Part shown: positions 55,812 to 64,000 of the stretch, one piece after another | How positions within the stretch are numbered: the first letter of the stretch is position 1 | Layout of the letters: every line of letters starts with the position of its first letter | NCBI GenBank assembly: GCA_963739375.1 | Contig: CAVUAF010000006.1 | Location: forward strand, 2,893 to 66,892 | Source of the DNA: Terriglobia bacterium | GTDB taxonomy: Bacteria > Acidobacteriota > Terriglobia > Terriglobales > Acidobacteriaceae | DNA length: 64,000 nt | Direction: 5' to 3' | Notes under the pieces: generated by a model | What the model saw: the letters and a program-made list of their open reading frames with translations, nothing else | Told to the model about the DNA's origin: nothing | Databases searched by the model: none | Made by a program: the position numbers and the translations under genes

Positions 55812-58616
55812 ATGGCACTCAGCATGAAGCAGCGCGCGCTCCACTTCCCCGCCCCCGCCCGGGAGCACCACCGGCCGTGGCGGGCGGCGCGGTGGATCAT
55901 GCTGCTGGGCCTCTGCCTGCTGCTGGCCTCGGTCGCCCACGCGCAGCTGGGCGGCAAGGCCCCGGTGGCCGGCGATATCGATCCCGATAATGCCGTTGCC
56001 GGCGGCCCGGCGTTCACCCTGACGGTCACTGGCTTCAACTTCAGCCCCACCACGCAGGTGACGTGGGACGGCAACCCCGTTCCCACCACCTTCGTTTCCG
56101 GGACGCGCGTGACGGCCAACATCAGCCGCACTCTGCTGGTGAACAACGGCAGCACCGACATCACGGTGGCGGTGGGCGTCATCGATACCGGGATCAGCTC
56201 GCCCATCATCACCGTACCGTTCACCATCCACCCGGCAGTGCAGAACCAGTTTTCCATCAACAGCATTTCGCCGTCCTCGGTAACGGCGGGCGCGAGCAGC
56301 TTCACCCTGCGGGTGCTGGGCGGCATCTTCGACAACACCTGCACCGTCAAGTGGAACGGCACCTCGCGCACCACGAACTTCATCAACAGCGGCGAAGTGG
56401 ACGCCACCATTTCCGCCTCCGACGTGGCTTCGCCGGGTACTGCCCAGGTCACCGTCACCAAGGGCACCGACACCACCAATGCCCTGACCTTCACCATCGG
56501 CGCGGTGCGGCCCACCTTGACGAACATTTCGCCCAGCAGTGTGGGCGCCGGCGCCGCGGCCTTCACCCTCACTGCCACCGGCACCAACTTCGCCAGCGGT
56601 ATCAACCTCTTCTGGGGCGGCTCGGCGCGGACCACGACGTTTGTCAGCAGCACCACCTTGACGGCGGCGATCACCGCCGCCGACGTGGCCACGGCGCGCA
56701 CCGTGCAGGTCTATGTCTCGCAAAGCGGGCTGGATTCCGGAGCGCTGACCTTCACCGTCACGGCCAATGCTCCCGACCCGGTGGTGAACTCACTTTCCCC
56801 GACCCAGGCCACCGCCGCCGGCGCCGCTTTCACCCTCACGGTGAACGGCGCCAACTTCGTCTCCGGGGCCACGGTGTTGTGGAACGGGGTCTCCCACACC
56901 ACCACCTTCGTCAACAGCACCCAGCTCACGGCCGCGATCTCGGCCGGCGACATCGCCACCGCCGCCAATGTCAGCGTCACCGTCCGCAACCCGAACGCCG
57001 CGGTCTCCAACGCGGTCACCTTCTTTGTCGTCGGCGCGGTGCCGCCGGTGATTACCTCCATCAGCCCCGACACGGCCTACCAGAACGGGCCCGCCTTCAC
57101 CATGACGGTCACCGGCTCCAGCTTCCAGCCCTCGGCGCAGGTCACGTTCAACGCTTCGCCGCGCACCACCACGTTCGTGGGCAGCACGCAGCTGACGGCG
57201 GCCATCCTCGCCAGCGACATCACCCAGGTGGGCGCCCCGGCGGCCCAGATCCGGGTAACGCAGGGCGGGATCACCTCGTCCGGCTCCGTCAACTTCTTCG
57301 TCAACACCTCGGCGACCACCGTGGGCACCTTGTCGCCCACCAGTGCGACGGCGGGCTCCTCCGGGCTGTCCCTCACCGTTAACGGCACGAATTTCATCAG
57401 TAATTCCGCCGGCACCCCCACGGTGATGTTCAATGGTTCGGCCCGCACCACCACTTACGTGAACTCCACCCAGCTGGTGGCGCAACTGGGGGCGGCGGAC
57501 CTGGCGACGGCCGGCAATTTTTCAATTTCCGTCCGCCAACCGAACCCTCCGGGCAATCTCTCCAGCAACGTCGCCAACTTCACCGTGAGCAACCCGGTGC
57601 CGACCATCCGGTCGGTCTCCCCCGGCGTCGTGGATACCAGCGCTGGCGCCTTCAGCCTGACCGTGGTGGGCACGGGTTTTACCCGCCAGTCGGTGGTGCG
57701 CTGGAATGGCTCCTCCCGGACGACGACCTTCGTCAGCGGCACCCAATTGACGGCGTCAATCCTGGCCGCCGACATCACCGCCCCCGGGCAATATCCGGTG
57801 ACGGTCAACAACCCGATCCCTGCTGGCGGCACCACCCCGACCTTCGTCAACATGCAGGTGGTCACGCCCGGCGGCTGGCCCACCGCACTGCCCAACTTCC
57901 AGTACATCCCGCACCTGTTGAGTGGCATCGGTTTCGTTACCCGGGTCACCCTGACCAACCTGACGCTCAACCTCAACACCGTCACCCTGTGGTACCTGGA
58001 ACAGCCGGGCTACTACACCAGGACCGAGACCTACACGCTGCAGCCGGCGCAGACCATCCGCGTCTCGACCGCGGAGTCGGCGCGCTTTAATGCGGTGCGC
58101 ATCCAGTGGCTACTGGCGGCGGTGCAAAGTGCGCGCCAGACCAACGGCGCTCCCAATCTGGGCGTGAACCTGTTCTTCGAATGGAGTCCCAGCGGCGGGC
58201 CGCCCAACATCACCAACACCGTCGGCTTCAACGACGTGGCGCAGGGAGGCATGTTCGTCCTGCCCCTGGAGCTGGAACCGGCGCCCCAGGGCGCCTCCAT
58301 CGGCAAAACAGTCGGGCTGGCGCTGGCCAGTTCCGGCGCTTCCGGCGCAGTCACTCTGAAGCTGGTGGATCGCAATGGCAACCTGCTGGCGACCAAGACG
58401 GTGAACCTGTCCAGCTTCCAGCAGATCATCCTCAGCGTGCAGGACCCGGACCCGACCACCGGCTGCCCCGAGTTCGCCGCCGTGCTGCCCAATAGCAACT
58501 TTATCGGCATGCTGGTGATCAGTTCGGTTCCCGGCATCACCGGCATTGCCCTGCTCGACGACTACGGCCAGTTCTCGGCTTCTCCCCTGGTGCCGGTCAC
58601 GACCCTGCCGCGCTAG
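55812..58616 (+). CDS. Paralogous secreted protein: 7 IPT/TIG-like repeats plus the same unassigned C-terminal domain
   Basis: Starts 2 nt after the upstream stop. Signal/TM segment WIMLLGLCLLLASVAHAQ. Seven repeats as above. The C-terminal ~240 aa align by eye with the upstream paralog (YIPH..., TNTVGFND, LPNSNFIGMLV, GIALLDDYGQFSASP). Confidence 0.85.
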   Translation: MALSMKQRALHFPAPAREHHRPWRAARWIMLLGLCLLLASVAHAQLGGKAPVAGDIDPDNAVAGGPAFTLTVTGFNFSPTTQVTWDGNPVPTTFVSGTRVTANISRTLLVNNGSTDITVAVGVIDTGISSPIITVPFTIHPAVQNQFSINSISPSSVTAGASSFTLRVLGGIFDNTCTVKWNGTSRTTNFINSGEVDATISASDVASPGTAQVTVTKGTDTTNALTFTIGAVRPTLTNISPSSVGAGAAAFTLTATGTNFASGINLFWGGSARTTTFVSSTTLTAAITAADVATARTVQVYVSQSGLDSGALTFTVTANAPDPVVNSLSPTQATAAGAAFTLTVNGANFVSGATVLWNGVSHTTTFVNSTQLTAAISAGDIATAANVSVTVRNPNAAVSNAVTFFVVGAVPPVITSISPDTAYQNGPAFTMTVTGSSFQPSAQVTFNASPRTTTFVGSTQLTAAILASDITQVGAPAAQIRVTQGGITSSGSVNFFVNTSATTVGTLSPTSATAGSSGLSLTVNGTNFISNSAGTPTVMFNGSARTTTYVNSTQLVAQLGAADLATAGNFSISVRQPNPPGNLSSNVANFTVSNPVPTIRSVSPGVVDTSAGAFSLTVVGTGFTRQSVVRWNGSSRTTTFVSGTQLTASILAADITAPGQYPVTVNNPIPAGGTTPTFVNMQVVTPGGWPTALPNFQYIPHLLSGIGFVTRVTLTNLTLNLNTVTLWYLEQPGYYTRTETYTLQPAQTIRVSTAESARFNAVRIQWLLAAVQSARQTNGAPNLGVNLFFEWSPSGGPPNITNTVGFNDVAQGGMFVLPLELEPAPQGASIGKTVGLALASSGASGAVTLKLVDRNGNLLATKTVNLSSFQQIILSVQDPDPTTGCPEFAAVLPNSNFIGMLVISSVPGITGIALLDDYGQFSASPLVPVTTLPR

Positions 58617-58640
58617 ACGCGGCTTTCGCCATGCCCTGCG

Positions 58641-58672
58641 CGCGCCACCGCTACCGGCGGCGCGTTTTTCTT
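58641..58672 (+). terminator. Rho-independent terminator
   Basis: Stem cgcgccaccg / cggcggcgcg (one mismatch), loop ctac, followed by TTTTTCTT. Confidence 0.7.
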
Positions 58673-58751
58673 GCCTGCGGACGGGTGTGCGTCGGGAGCC
58701 CGCAAACGGGAAGGCGCGGGACCCTGTGTTGGGGTTCGCCGTGGTCAGTGG

Positions 58752-60056
58752 TCAGCGCTCGCACACCGCGTCCAGGGCCTGGAAGAATTCGGGGAAAGAG
58801 ATGCGGGCGGCCTCGGCGCCGTGTACACGGGTTTCGCCGGTAGCGCCGAGCGCGGCGACGGCGAAGGCCATGGCGATGCGGTGGTCGCCTCCAGCCTCCA
58901 CGTCCGCGCCCCGCAGCTGCTGCCGGCCGGGCACGGTGAGCCCGTCCTCGAACTCCTCCACCTGGGCGCCCATACGGCGCAGATTGGCGGCGACGCCAGC
59001 GATGCGATCTGATTCCTTCACCCGCAGCTCGCGCGCGTCCCGGATCCTCACCCCGTCTTGGGTGTAGGGCGCGATGGCGGCCAGCACCGGCAGCTCGTCA
59101 ATCAGCGCCGCCGCTTGCGCGCCGCTGATTTCGCCGCCGCGCAGTTCCTGCGACCGGAGCTGCACCGCGCCCACCAGCTCGCCGTGCCGCTCCTCCACGC
59201 GCAGCATGCTGATCTGCGCCCCCATGTGGGCGAGCACGTCGAGCAGCACCGCGCGCGTCGGGTTGAGCAGCAGATCGTCCACCACCAGGTTGGAGCCCGG
59301 CAGGGCGGCGGCGGCGCAGAGGAAGAAAGCGGCGGAGGAGATGTCGCCCGGGATGGCGGTTGCGATCGCCTGCAGCGGCTGGCCGCCGCGTACGGCAGCG
59401 CGCCCGCGACCCCGTTCGACGGTGACGCCGAAGGCGCGGAGCGCCAGCTCGGTGTGGTCGCGGGTGGGCGCCGGCTCTTCCACGCTGGTGACGCCCTCGG
59501 CAAACAGCCCGGCAAAGAGCACTGCGCTCTTCACCTGGGCGCTAGCGACGGGCATGCGGTAGTCAAGCGGACGCAGCGGCCGCCGGCCACGAATCTGCAG
59601 CGGCGGCCGGTCGTCCGGGGCGGCGCTGATCGCGGCGCCCATTTGCCTCAGCGGCGCCATTACCCGCGCCATCGGGCGCCGCGTGAGCGATTCGTCGCCG
59701 TGCAGCGCGCAGGCAAACGGCTGCCCGGCCAGGATTCCCGCCAGCATGCGCATCGTCGAGCCGGAGTTGCCGCAGTCGAGGGAAGCGGCCGGGGCGTTGA
59801 GGTCGCGGCCGCGGCCTTCCACTTCCACGCGCGTTCCCTCGCGCCGCACCGCGCAGCCGAGTGCGGCCAGGCAAGCCAGCGTGCTGGCGCAATCGGCGCC
59901 GCTGGCGAAGTTCTCGAAGCGGCTGCACCCTTCCGCCAGGCCCGCCAGCAGGGCATAGCGGTGGGAAATGGATTTGTCGCCGGGCAGGCGCAGGCTCCCG
60001 GCCAGGCGGCGGGCCGGCTGCATGATCACCACGTTGGTCGGTGCTCCGCTTGCCAT
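58752..60056 (-). CDS. aroA: 3-phosphoshikimate 1-carboxyvinyltransferase (EPSP synthase)
   Basis: LPGDKSISHRYALLAGLAEG and the rest of the AroA fold. The start is uncertain: GTG at 60083, ATG at 60056 or ATG at 60023. Confidence 0.9.
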   Translation of the reverse strand: MASGAPTNVVIMQPARRLAGSLRLPGDKSISHRYALLAGLAEGCSRFENFASGADCASTLACLAALGCAVRREGTRVEVEGRGRDLNAPAASLDCGNSGSTMRMLAGILAGQPFACALHGDESLTRRPMARVMAPLRQMGAAISAAPDDRPPLQIRGRRPLRPLDYRMPVASAQVKSAVLFAGLFAEGVTSVEEPAPTRDHTELALRAFGVTVERGRGRAAVRGGQPLQAIATAIPGDISSAAFFLCAAAALPGSNLVVDDLLLNPTRAVLLDVLAHMGAQISMLRVEERHGELVGAVQLRSQELRGGEISGAQAAALIDELPVLAAIAPYTQDGVRIRDARELRVKESDRIAGVAANLRRMGAQVEEFEDGLTVPGRQQLRGADVEAGGDHRIAMAFAVAALGATGETRVHGAEAARISFPEFFQALDAVCER

Positions 60057-60084
60057 GGAGAAGGCGTCACCTGGGTCGGTCACG

Positions 60085-60126
60085 AAAAAACCAGGGCACG
60101 AAGCAGCGGAAAGCCCCTCGTGCCCT
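60085..60126 (-). terminator. Rho-independent terminator after the 60147..60575 gene
   Basis: On the minus strand: AGGGCACGA (60126..60118), 16-nt loop, TCGTGCCCT (60101..60093), GG, TTTTTT (60090..60085). Confidence 0.7.
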
Positions 60127-60146
60127 CTTTGCTTCGTGGTTGCTGG

Positions 60147-60575
60147 CTAGGGTTTGGTCGCTTCCAGAACTTCCTTCGGCACTTCCCGGGCGGTCAGCGC
60201 CCACTCGAACCGCGGCGTCTCGGGGCCGCGGCCCCAGCGGTTCACTTCCCAATGGGCGCGCAGGAACTTGATCTCCGGGCGGCCGGTCAGGTCGAGCAGC
60301 AGCGGGTGCTGGCCGGCGTAGAACTTCTGCGGAAACGCGGCCAGCGGCTTGTCGCCCCAGGCGGCGCCGTCGGCCGAGCCCCACACGCTCACGTCGAGCG
60401 ACTCCTGCTCCACGATGCGCGTGATCTCCAGCGCGAGCAGAAAGACGCGATGCGCGGCCGCGCCAATTTCCACCGCCGCGCCGTCGCCTTTCGCGGTGAC
60501 CACCGTTTTCTCAGGAACGAGCTGCAACTCTGCCATAAACTCGCGATTGTAATGCATGCCGCGGACCGCCGCCAT
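60147..60575 (-). CDS. Hypothetical protein
   Basis: 142-aa ORF with coding-like composition, 9 nt downstream of the hydrolase gene stop. No family recognised. Confidence 0.6.
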   Translation of the reverse strand: MAAVRGMHYNREFMAELQLVPEKTVVTAKGDGAAVEIGAAAHRVFLLALEITRIVEQESLDVSVWGSADGAAWGDKPLAAFPQKFYAGQHPLLLDLTGRPEIKFLRAHWEVNRWGRGPETPRFEWALTAREVPKEVLEATKP

Positions 60576-60584
60576 CGCGCCGTC

Positions 60585-61379
60585 TCAGCCGGTGGTGAGC
60601 CCGTCAAGGAAGCTGCGCAGCAGCCGGCCCGCCGTCTCCGGCTGTTCGAAGACGGCAAAGTGGCCGCCAGAGGGAATGACCTCCCGCCGGCTGCCCGCGA
60701 TGTGGCGATGCAGCAATTCAGCGTCGGCGCGCGGTGTGGTCTGGTCTTCGTCGCCGACCAGGACCAGCGTGGGCACGTGGATGGTTTTCAGCGTGGACAC
60801 GGAATCGGGACGCGCCGCCATGCCTTCCTGGACAGCCGCGATCCCGGCCACACTCATACGCATCATGGCGCGCACGGCCGCGGCCACGTCGGGACGATTG
60901 CGCCGCGTCGTCTCCCCCACCAGCGCCTGCGTCATGCTATCGAAAAAGCCGGCGGGCCCGTGCTGCTCGACCTCCGCAATGGACAGCCGGCGCTTGCGCC
61001 GCCCTTCGTCGTCGTCGGCGGTGGCGCGTGTGTCGCCCAGCCCGAGGGCGCGGACGCGCTCGCGCTGCCGCCGCCACAACTCGAACAGCACGTAGCCGCC
61101 AATCGAGACGCCGCAGAACACCGCGCGCTCCATCCCCGCGGCGTCGCACAGGCGCAGCACGTCGGCCACGTGCTTTTCCATCGTGGCCGGACCCACACCC
61201 GGTTCGGACTCGCCGTGGCCGCGCAGGTCATACAGCAGGCAGCGATAGTGCGCGGTCAGCGCCGCCGCGACCGGCTCCCAGAAGGTGTGGTCAACAGGAA
61301 AGGGGTGCAGCAGGACCACGTCCGGGCCGCGACCGCGCACCTCGTACCACAGCCGGGCATCGTCGGAGTGCAGAAACAT
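60585..61379 (-). CDS. Alpha/beta hydrolase fold protein
   Basis: HPFPVDHTFW, nucleophile elbow GVSIGG, and C-terminal GGHFAVFEQPE. ATG at 61379 (MFLHSDD); the longer track ORF runs into the repeat array. Confidence 0.85.
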   Translation of the reverse strand: MFLHSDDARLWYEVRGRGPDVVLLHPFPVDHTFWEPVAAALTAHYRCLLYDLRGHGESEPGVGPATMEKHVADVLRLCDAAGMERAVFCGVSIGGYVLFELWRRQRERVRALGLGDTRATADDDEGRRKRRLSIAEVEQHGPAGFFDSMTQALVGETTRRNRPDVAAAVRAMMRMSVAGIAAVQEGMAARPDSVSTLKTIHVPTLVLVGDEDQTTPRADAELLHRHIAGSRREVIPSGGHFAVFEQPETAGRLLRSFLDGLTTG

Positions 61380-61380
61380 T

Positions 61381-61497
61381 GTGATTTGCGATTTGCGATT
61401 TGTGATCTGCGATTTGCGATTGCTCGCGGTAACGTGCGAGGCGGACACGGTCACGGTTCCGCCTTCAAATCACCAATCGCAAATCACAAATCACAGG
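61381..61497. repeat. Inverted arrays of GATTTGN / CAAATCN heptamers (same family as 8587..8704)
   Basis: Arm 61381..61423 and arm 61466..61497. A perfect 13-bp complement joins 61381..61393 and 61475..61487, extendable to 15 bp through nt 61379, the first base of the hydrolase start codon. Confidence 0.9.
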
Positions 61498-61500
61498 TCC

Positions 61501-61833
61501 TCACGCCGCCGGGGGCGCGGTGCTGGGGCGGGCGCCGGTGGGCGCAGCCGCATAGAAGATCTCCGGCTCCTCGGGTATCACGATCCACGCAATGAAGTAG
61601 GCGACGAATCCCAGCGGGAAGCCGAGGATCGAAACCAGCAGCCACACCAGGCGGATCAGCGTCACGTCGAGGTCGAAGTACTCGGCGAAACCGGCGCAGA
61701 CGCCGGCAATCTTGCGCATGACCCGCGGCCGCACCAGCCGCCGGCGCGCCACCACCGCCCCTACGCGGGTGCCGCAATAGGCGCACAGGTTGGCGTCGTC
61801 CTGGATGACCTTGCCGCAGTAATTGCAGTACAT
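61501..61833 (-). CDS. PspC domain protein with N-terminal zinc ribbon
   Basis: CNYCGKVI...CAYCG zinc ribbon, then RKIAGVCAGFAEYFDLDVTLIRLVWLL typical of PspC domains. Confidence 0.85.
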   Translation of the reverse strand: MYCNYCGKVIQDDANLCAYCGTRVGAVVARRRLVRPRVMRKIAGVCAGFAEYFDLDVTLIRLVWLLVSILGFPLGFVAYFIAWIVIPEEPEIFYAAAPTGARPSTAPPAA

Positions 61834-61900
61834 GGCAGCCCTCCGGAAAATGATACGCCGCCACCGGGGAAAAGGTTCCCGGCTTCCCGGACGTTCTCCC

Positions 61901-63151
61901 CTACTGCCGGTAGGGTTGTTTCAGGTAGCGTCGCGCGCTGTCGGCGAGCGCGCTGCTGCTGTCGAGGTTGAGGGCCGCCTGGTATTGCGTGAGGGCGAGC
62001 TCCCGCCGCTCCACCAGGTCATACATCTGGCCGGCCAGCAGCGCGCATTTCTGGCGCAGATCCGGGCTGGCATTGGCGACGCCGGCGGCCTTGGCGTAGT
62101 TCTCCGCCGCCTGCTGATACTCGCTGCGCCCGCGCAGGATCTCGCCCAGATCGTAGTGCGCGAACTCCAGGCGCGGCTCGTGGAAGCTGCCCCGCTCGGC
62201 TTCGCCCAGCAGCCGGTGGTAGGCCTCGAGCGCTTCCTGGTTCTTCCCCGAATCCTTCAGCAGGTTGGCGTCCTCCAGCGCAAAGAGGAAGTTGTGCGGG
62301 TAAGCGGCGGTCAGGGTGCGGACCACGTCAATCGCCTCCTGATAGCGCTGCTCGCGTCGCAGAAAGAGCGCCAGCGCCACCTTGGCGTCGACGCTGGTTT
62401 CCACGTTGGCGCCGGCCACGGTGCGCAGGTACTCGAGCCCCTTGCTCCGGCTGCCGCTGAGCCCGACCACCGAGATCGCCGCCCGCACCGCCCACGGCAG
62501 GCTCCCGGCCACGTAGTTGTGGATCCCCACCACCGTCTTGGCGTCGATGAACCTGGGGTTCAGTTCCAGCACGCGTTCATGATCGTGGCGCGCGCCAATG
62601 GCATTGCGCAGCGCAGAAAACCACGCCCTCTCTGCAATCCCCAGGTAGGTGGCTTCGAGGCCGCGGGCCACCCCGCGCGTGTAGTAGGCCTCGACGTCGC
62701 TGGGGTTCTTCGCGATCCGCTGGTCGGCAATCTGTTCGCTCTTGTCCGCCAGTTGCTTGATCTGCTCGCGCGCCTTGGCATCAATCTCCACCCGCCGCTT
62801 CTGGTCCAGGAAACTGTCGCCGGAGTAGAGCGTGGTGTTGAGCGCCCCGGCCCGGTACAGCTCGCGGAACAGGACGGCCGCCAGCAGGTGATTCAGCGCC
62901 CGCGGATCGTCCGGGTGCATCTCCGTCACTTTGCTGAAGTCCCGGACCGCATCCTCGTAGTTGGCGTTGTAGTAATGATCGTAGCCGCTGCGGGTGAGAG
63001 CATCTTCCGCGGTGGCGGTCGCGGAGGCCTTTCGGGGCGCTGGCGCCGCCTGGCCTGCTGCCGACCCCAGGTTAATCAAAGTGCAAACCAGGCAAGCAGT
63101 CGCAAGCGTCCCGCCGCGCCGTGGGAAGAGGAGTTTTCGACAAGGTCTCAT
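61901..63151 (-). CDS. Secreted TPR-like repeat protein (hypothetical)
   Basis: 416-aa ORF with a signal-like N-terminus and helical repeat composition (YEDAVRDFSKVTEMHPDD..., YQEAIDVVRTLTAAYPHN..., YQQAAENYAKAA...). Confidence 0.75.
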   Translation of the reverse strand: MRPCRKLLFPRRGGTLATACLVCTLINLGSAAGQAAPAPRKASATATAEDALTRSGYDHYYNANYEDAVRDFSKVTEMHPDDPRALNHLLAAVLFRELYRAGALNTTLYSGDSFLDQKRRVEIDAKAREQIKQLADKSEQIADQRIAKNPSDVEAYYTRGVARGLEATYLGIAERAWFSALRNAIGARHDHERVLELNPRFIDAKTVVGIHNYVAGSLPWAVRAAISVVGLSGSRSKGLEYLRTVAGANVETSVDAKVALALFLRREQRYQEAIDVVRTLTAAYPHNFLFALEDANLLKDSGKNQEALEAYHRLLGEAERGSFHEPRLEFAHYDLGEILRGRSEYQQAAENYAKAAGVANASPDLRQKCALLAGQMYDLVERRELALTQYQAALNLDSSSALADSARRYLKQPYRQ

Positions 63152-63227
63152 GCGGGAGGGCTAGGATGAGTTTAACTGATGCCGCGCCTCGCGACATAGG
63201 GAGACCGCGGGCCCGGTTGCGCCGACA

Positions 63228-64000
63228 TCAGGCGGTAATCGTGCTCCGCGCCTGCACCACGCGTTCGTACACCCGCACGTACTCCCGCGCCGAGGCATGC
63301 CACGAGAAGTCCTTGGCCATGCCGTTGCGCATCAGGGTCTGCCAGGCGTCGCGGTTCTGGTAGGCGGCGAGGGCCGCGCGGATCGTGGCCAGCAGCGCCT
63401 CGCTGGTGTAGTCGCCGAACTTGAAGCCGGTGCCCTTGCCGCTGCGCGGGTCCCAGGGCTCGATGGTGTCGTCGAGGCCGCCGGTTGCCCGCACCACCGG
63501 CACCGTCCCGTACTGCAGGCTGTAGATCTGGTTCAGGCCGCAGGGCTCGTAGCGCGACGGCATCAGGAACATGTCGGCGCCGGCCTCGATCTTGTGCGCC
63601 AGCGCGTTGTCGTAGGCGATGCTTGACCGCGATCTTCTGCGGGAACTGCTGGGCCATGCGCCGGAAGAGCTCTTCGTACTCGCGCGTCGCCGGTGCCCAG
63701 CGCCACAATCACCAGTTCCTCGCGCGCCAGCCGGTCGGCCACCTGCGAGATCAGGTCAGAGCCCTTCTGCGCCGTAAAACGCGAGACGATCCCGATCACC
63801 GGCAGCTCCATGCACGACTCCGGCAGCTTGAACTCGCGCAGCAGGTCGTGCTTGCATGCCGCCTTGCCGCTCAGGTCGCTGGCGGAATAGTTCTGCGCGA
63901 TGAACTTGTCGCGCTGCGGGCTCCACTCCGCGTAGTCCACGCCGTTCAGGATCCCGGTCACCGTTGCCGCCCGCGCCCGCAGCACGCCTTCCAGCCCGAA
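63228..64000 (-). pseudogene. glgA: Glycogen synthase, 3' part (5' end outside window), with two frame changes
   Basis: GILNGVDYAEWSP...VIGIVSRFTAQKG...VIVALGTGD / REYEELFRRMAQQFPQKIAVK / IAYDNALAHKIEAGADMFLMPSRYEPCGLNQIY is split over track ORFs 63563..63985, 63172..63708 and 63228..63572. Junctions lie near 63682 and 63621. Confidence 0.85.

Overview
GC-rich chromosomal segment. The gene content and the dispersed GTCATCCTGAG...GAAGGATC palindromic repeats suggest an Acidobacteriota-type genome; this is inference from memory, not a search. I can support about 50 protein genes and one tRNA-Lys(UUU). Housekeeping genes: fused glutamate formimidoyltransferase/cyclodeaminase, thrC, ftsY, ribD-ribE, mobA, aroA, thiS, an AlaX-type editing protein, glgA. 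Envelope, transport and signalling genes: arsR-arsM, a tetR/RND efflux operon, an nfeD/SPFH/SPOR cluster, TerC, a Ser/Thr kinase with a TolB-like propeller, a secreted TldD/TldE pair, an HD-GYP protein, an RCK potassium channel, and three very large repeat-rich secreted proteins. I found no transposase, integrase, CRISPR array or recognisable defence system. I also found no FMN, TPP or yybP-ykoY riboswitch where one might be expected. Observations worth a second look: (1) two adjacent giant paralogs with 5 and 7 IPT/TIG-like repeats that share a C-terminal domain of about 230 aa that I cannot assign to a family; (2) several families of tandem 7- or 8-nt repeat arrays that sit against stop and start codons, often as inverted arrays able to form long hairpins, and that supply the C-terminal residues and stop codons of arsM and arsR; (3) a REP-like element flanked by a perfect 65-bp duplication of the kinase 5' end, which creates an upstream ORF whose stop overlaps a new start codon; (4) seven apparent indels in four otherwise well-conserved genes (RND pump x3, glgA x2, MFS, BON protein), mostly outside homopolymer runs, which could be real decay or assembly error. 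Most long ORFs antisense to these genes are GC-driven shadow ORFs and were rejected.
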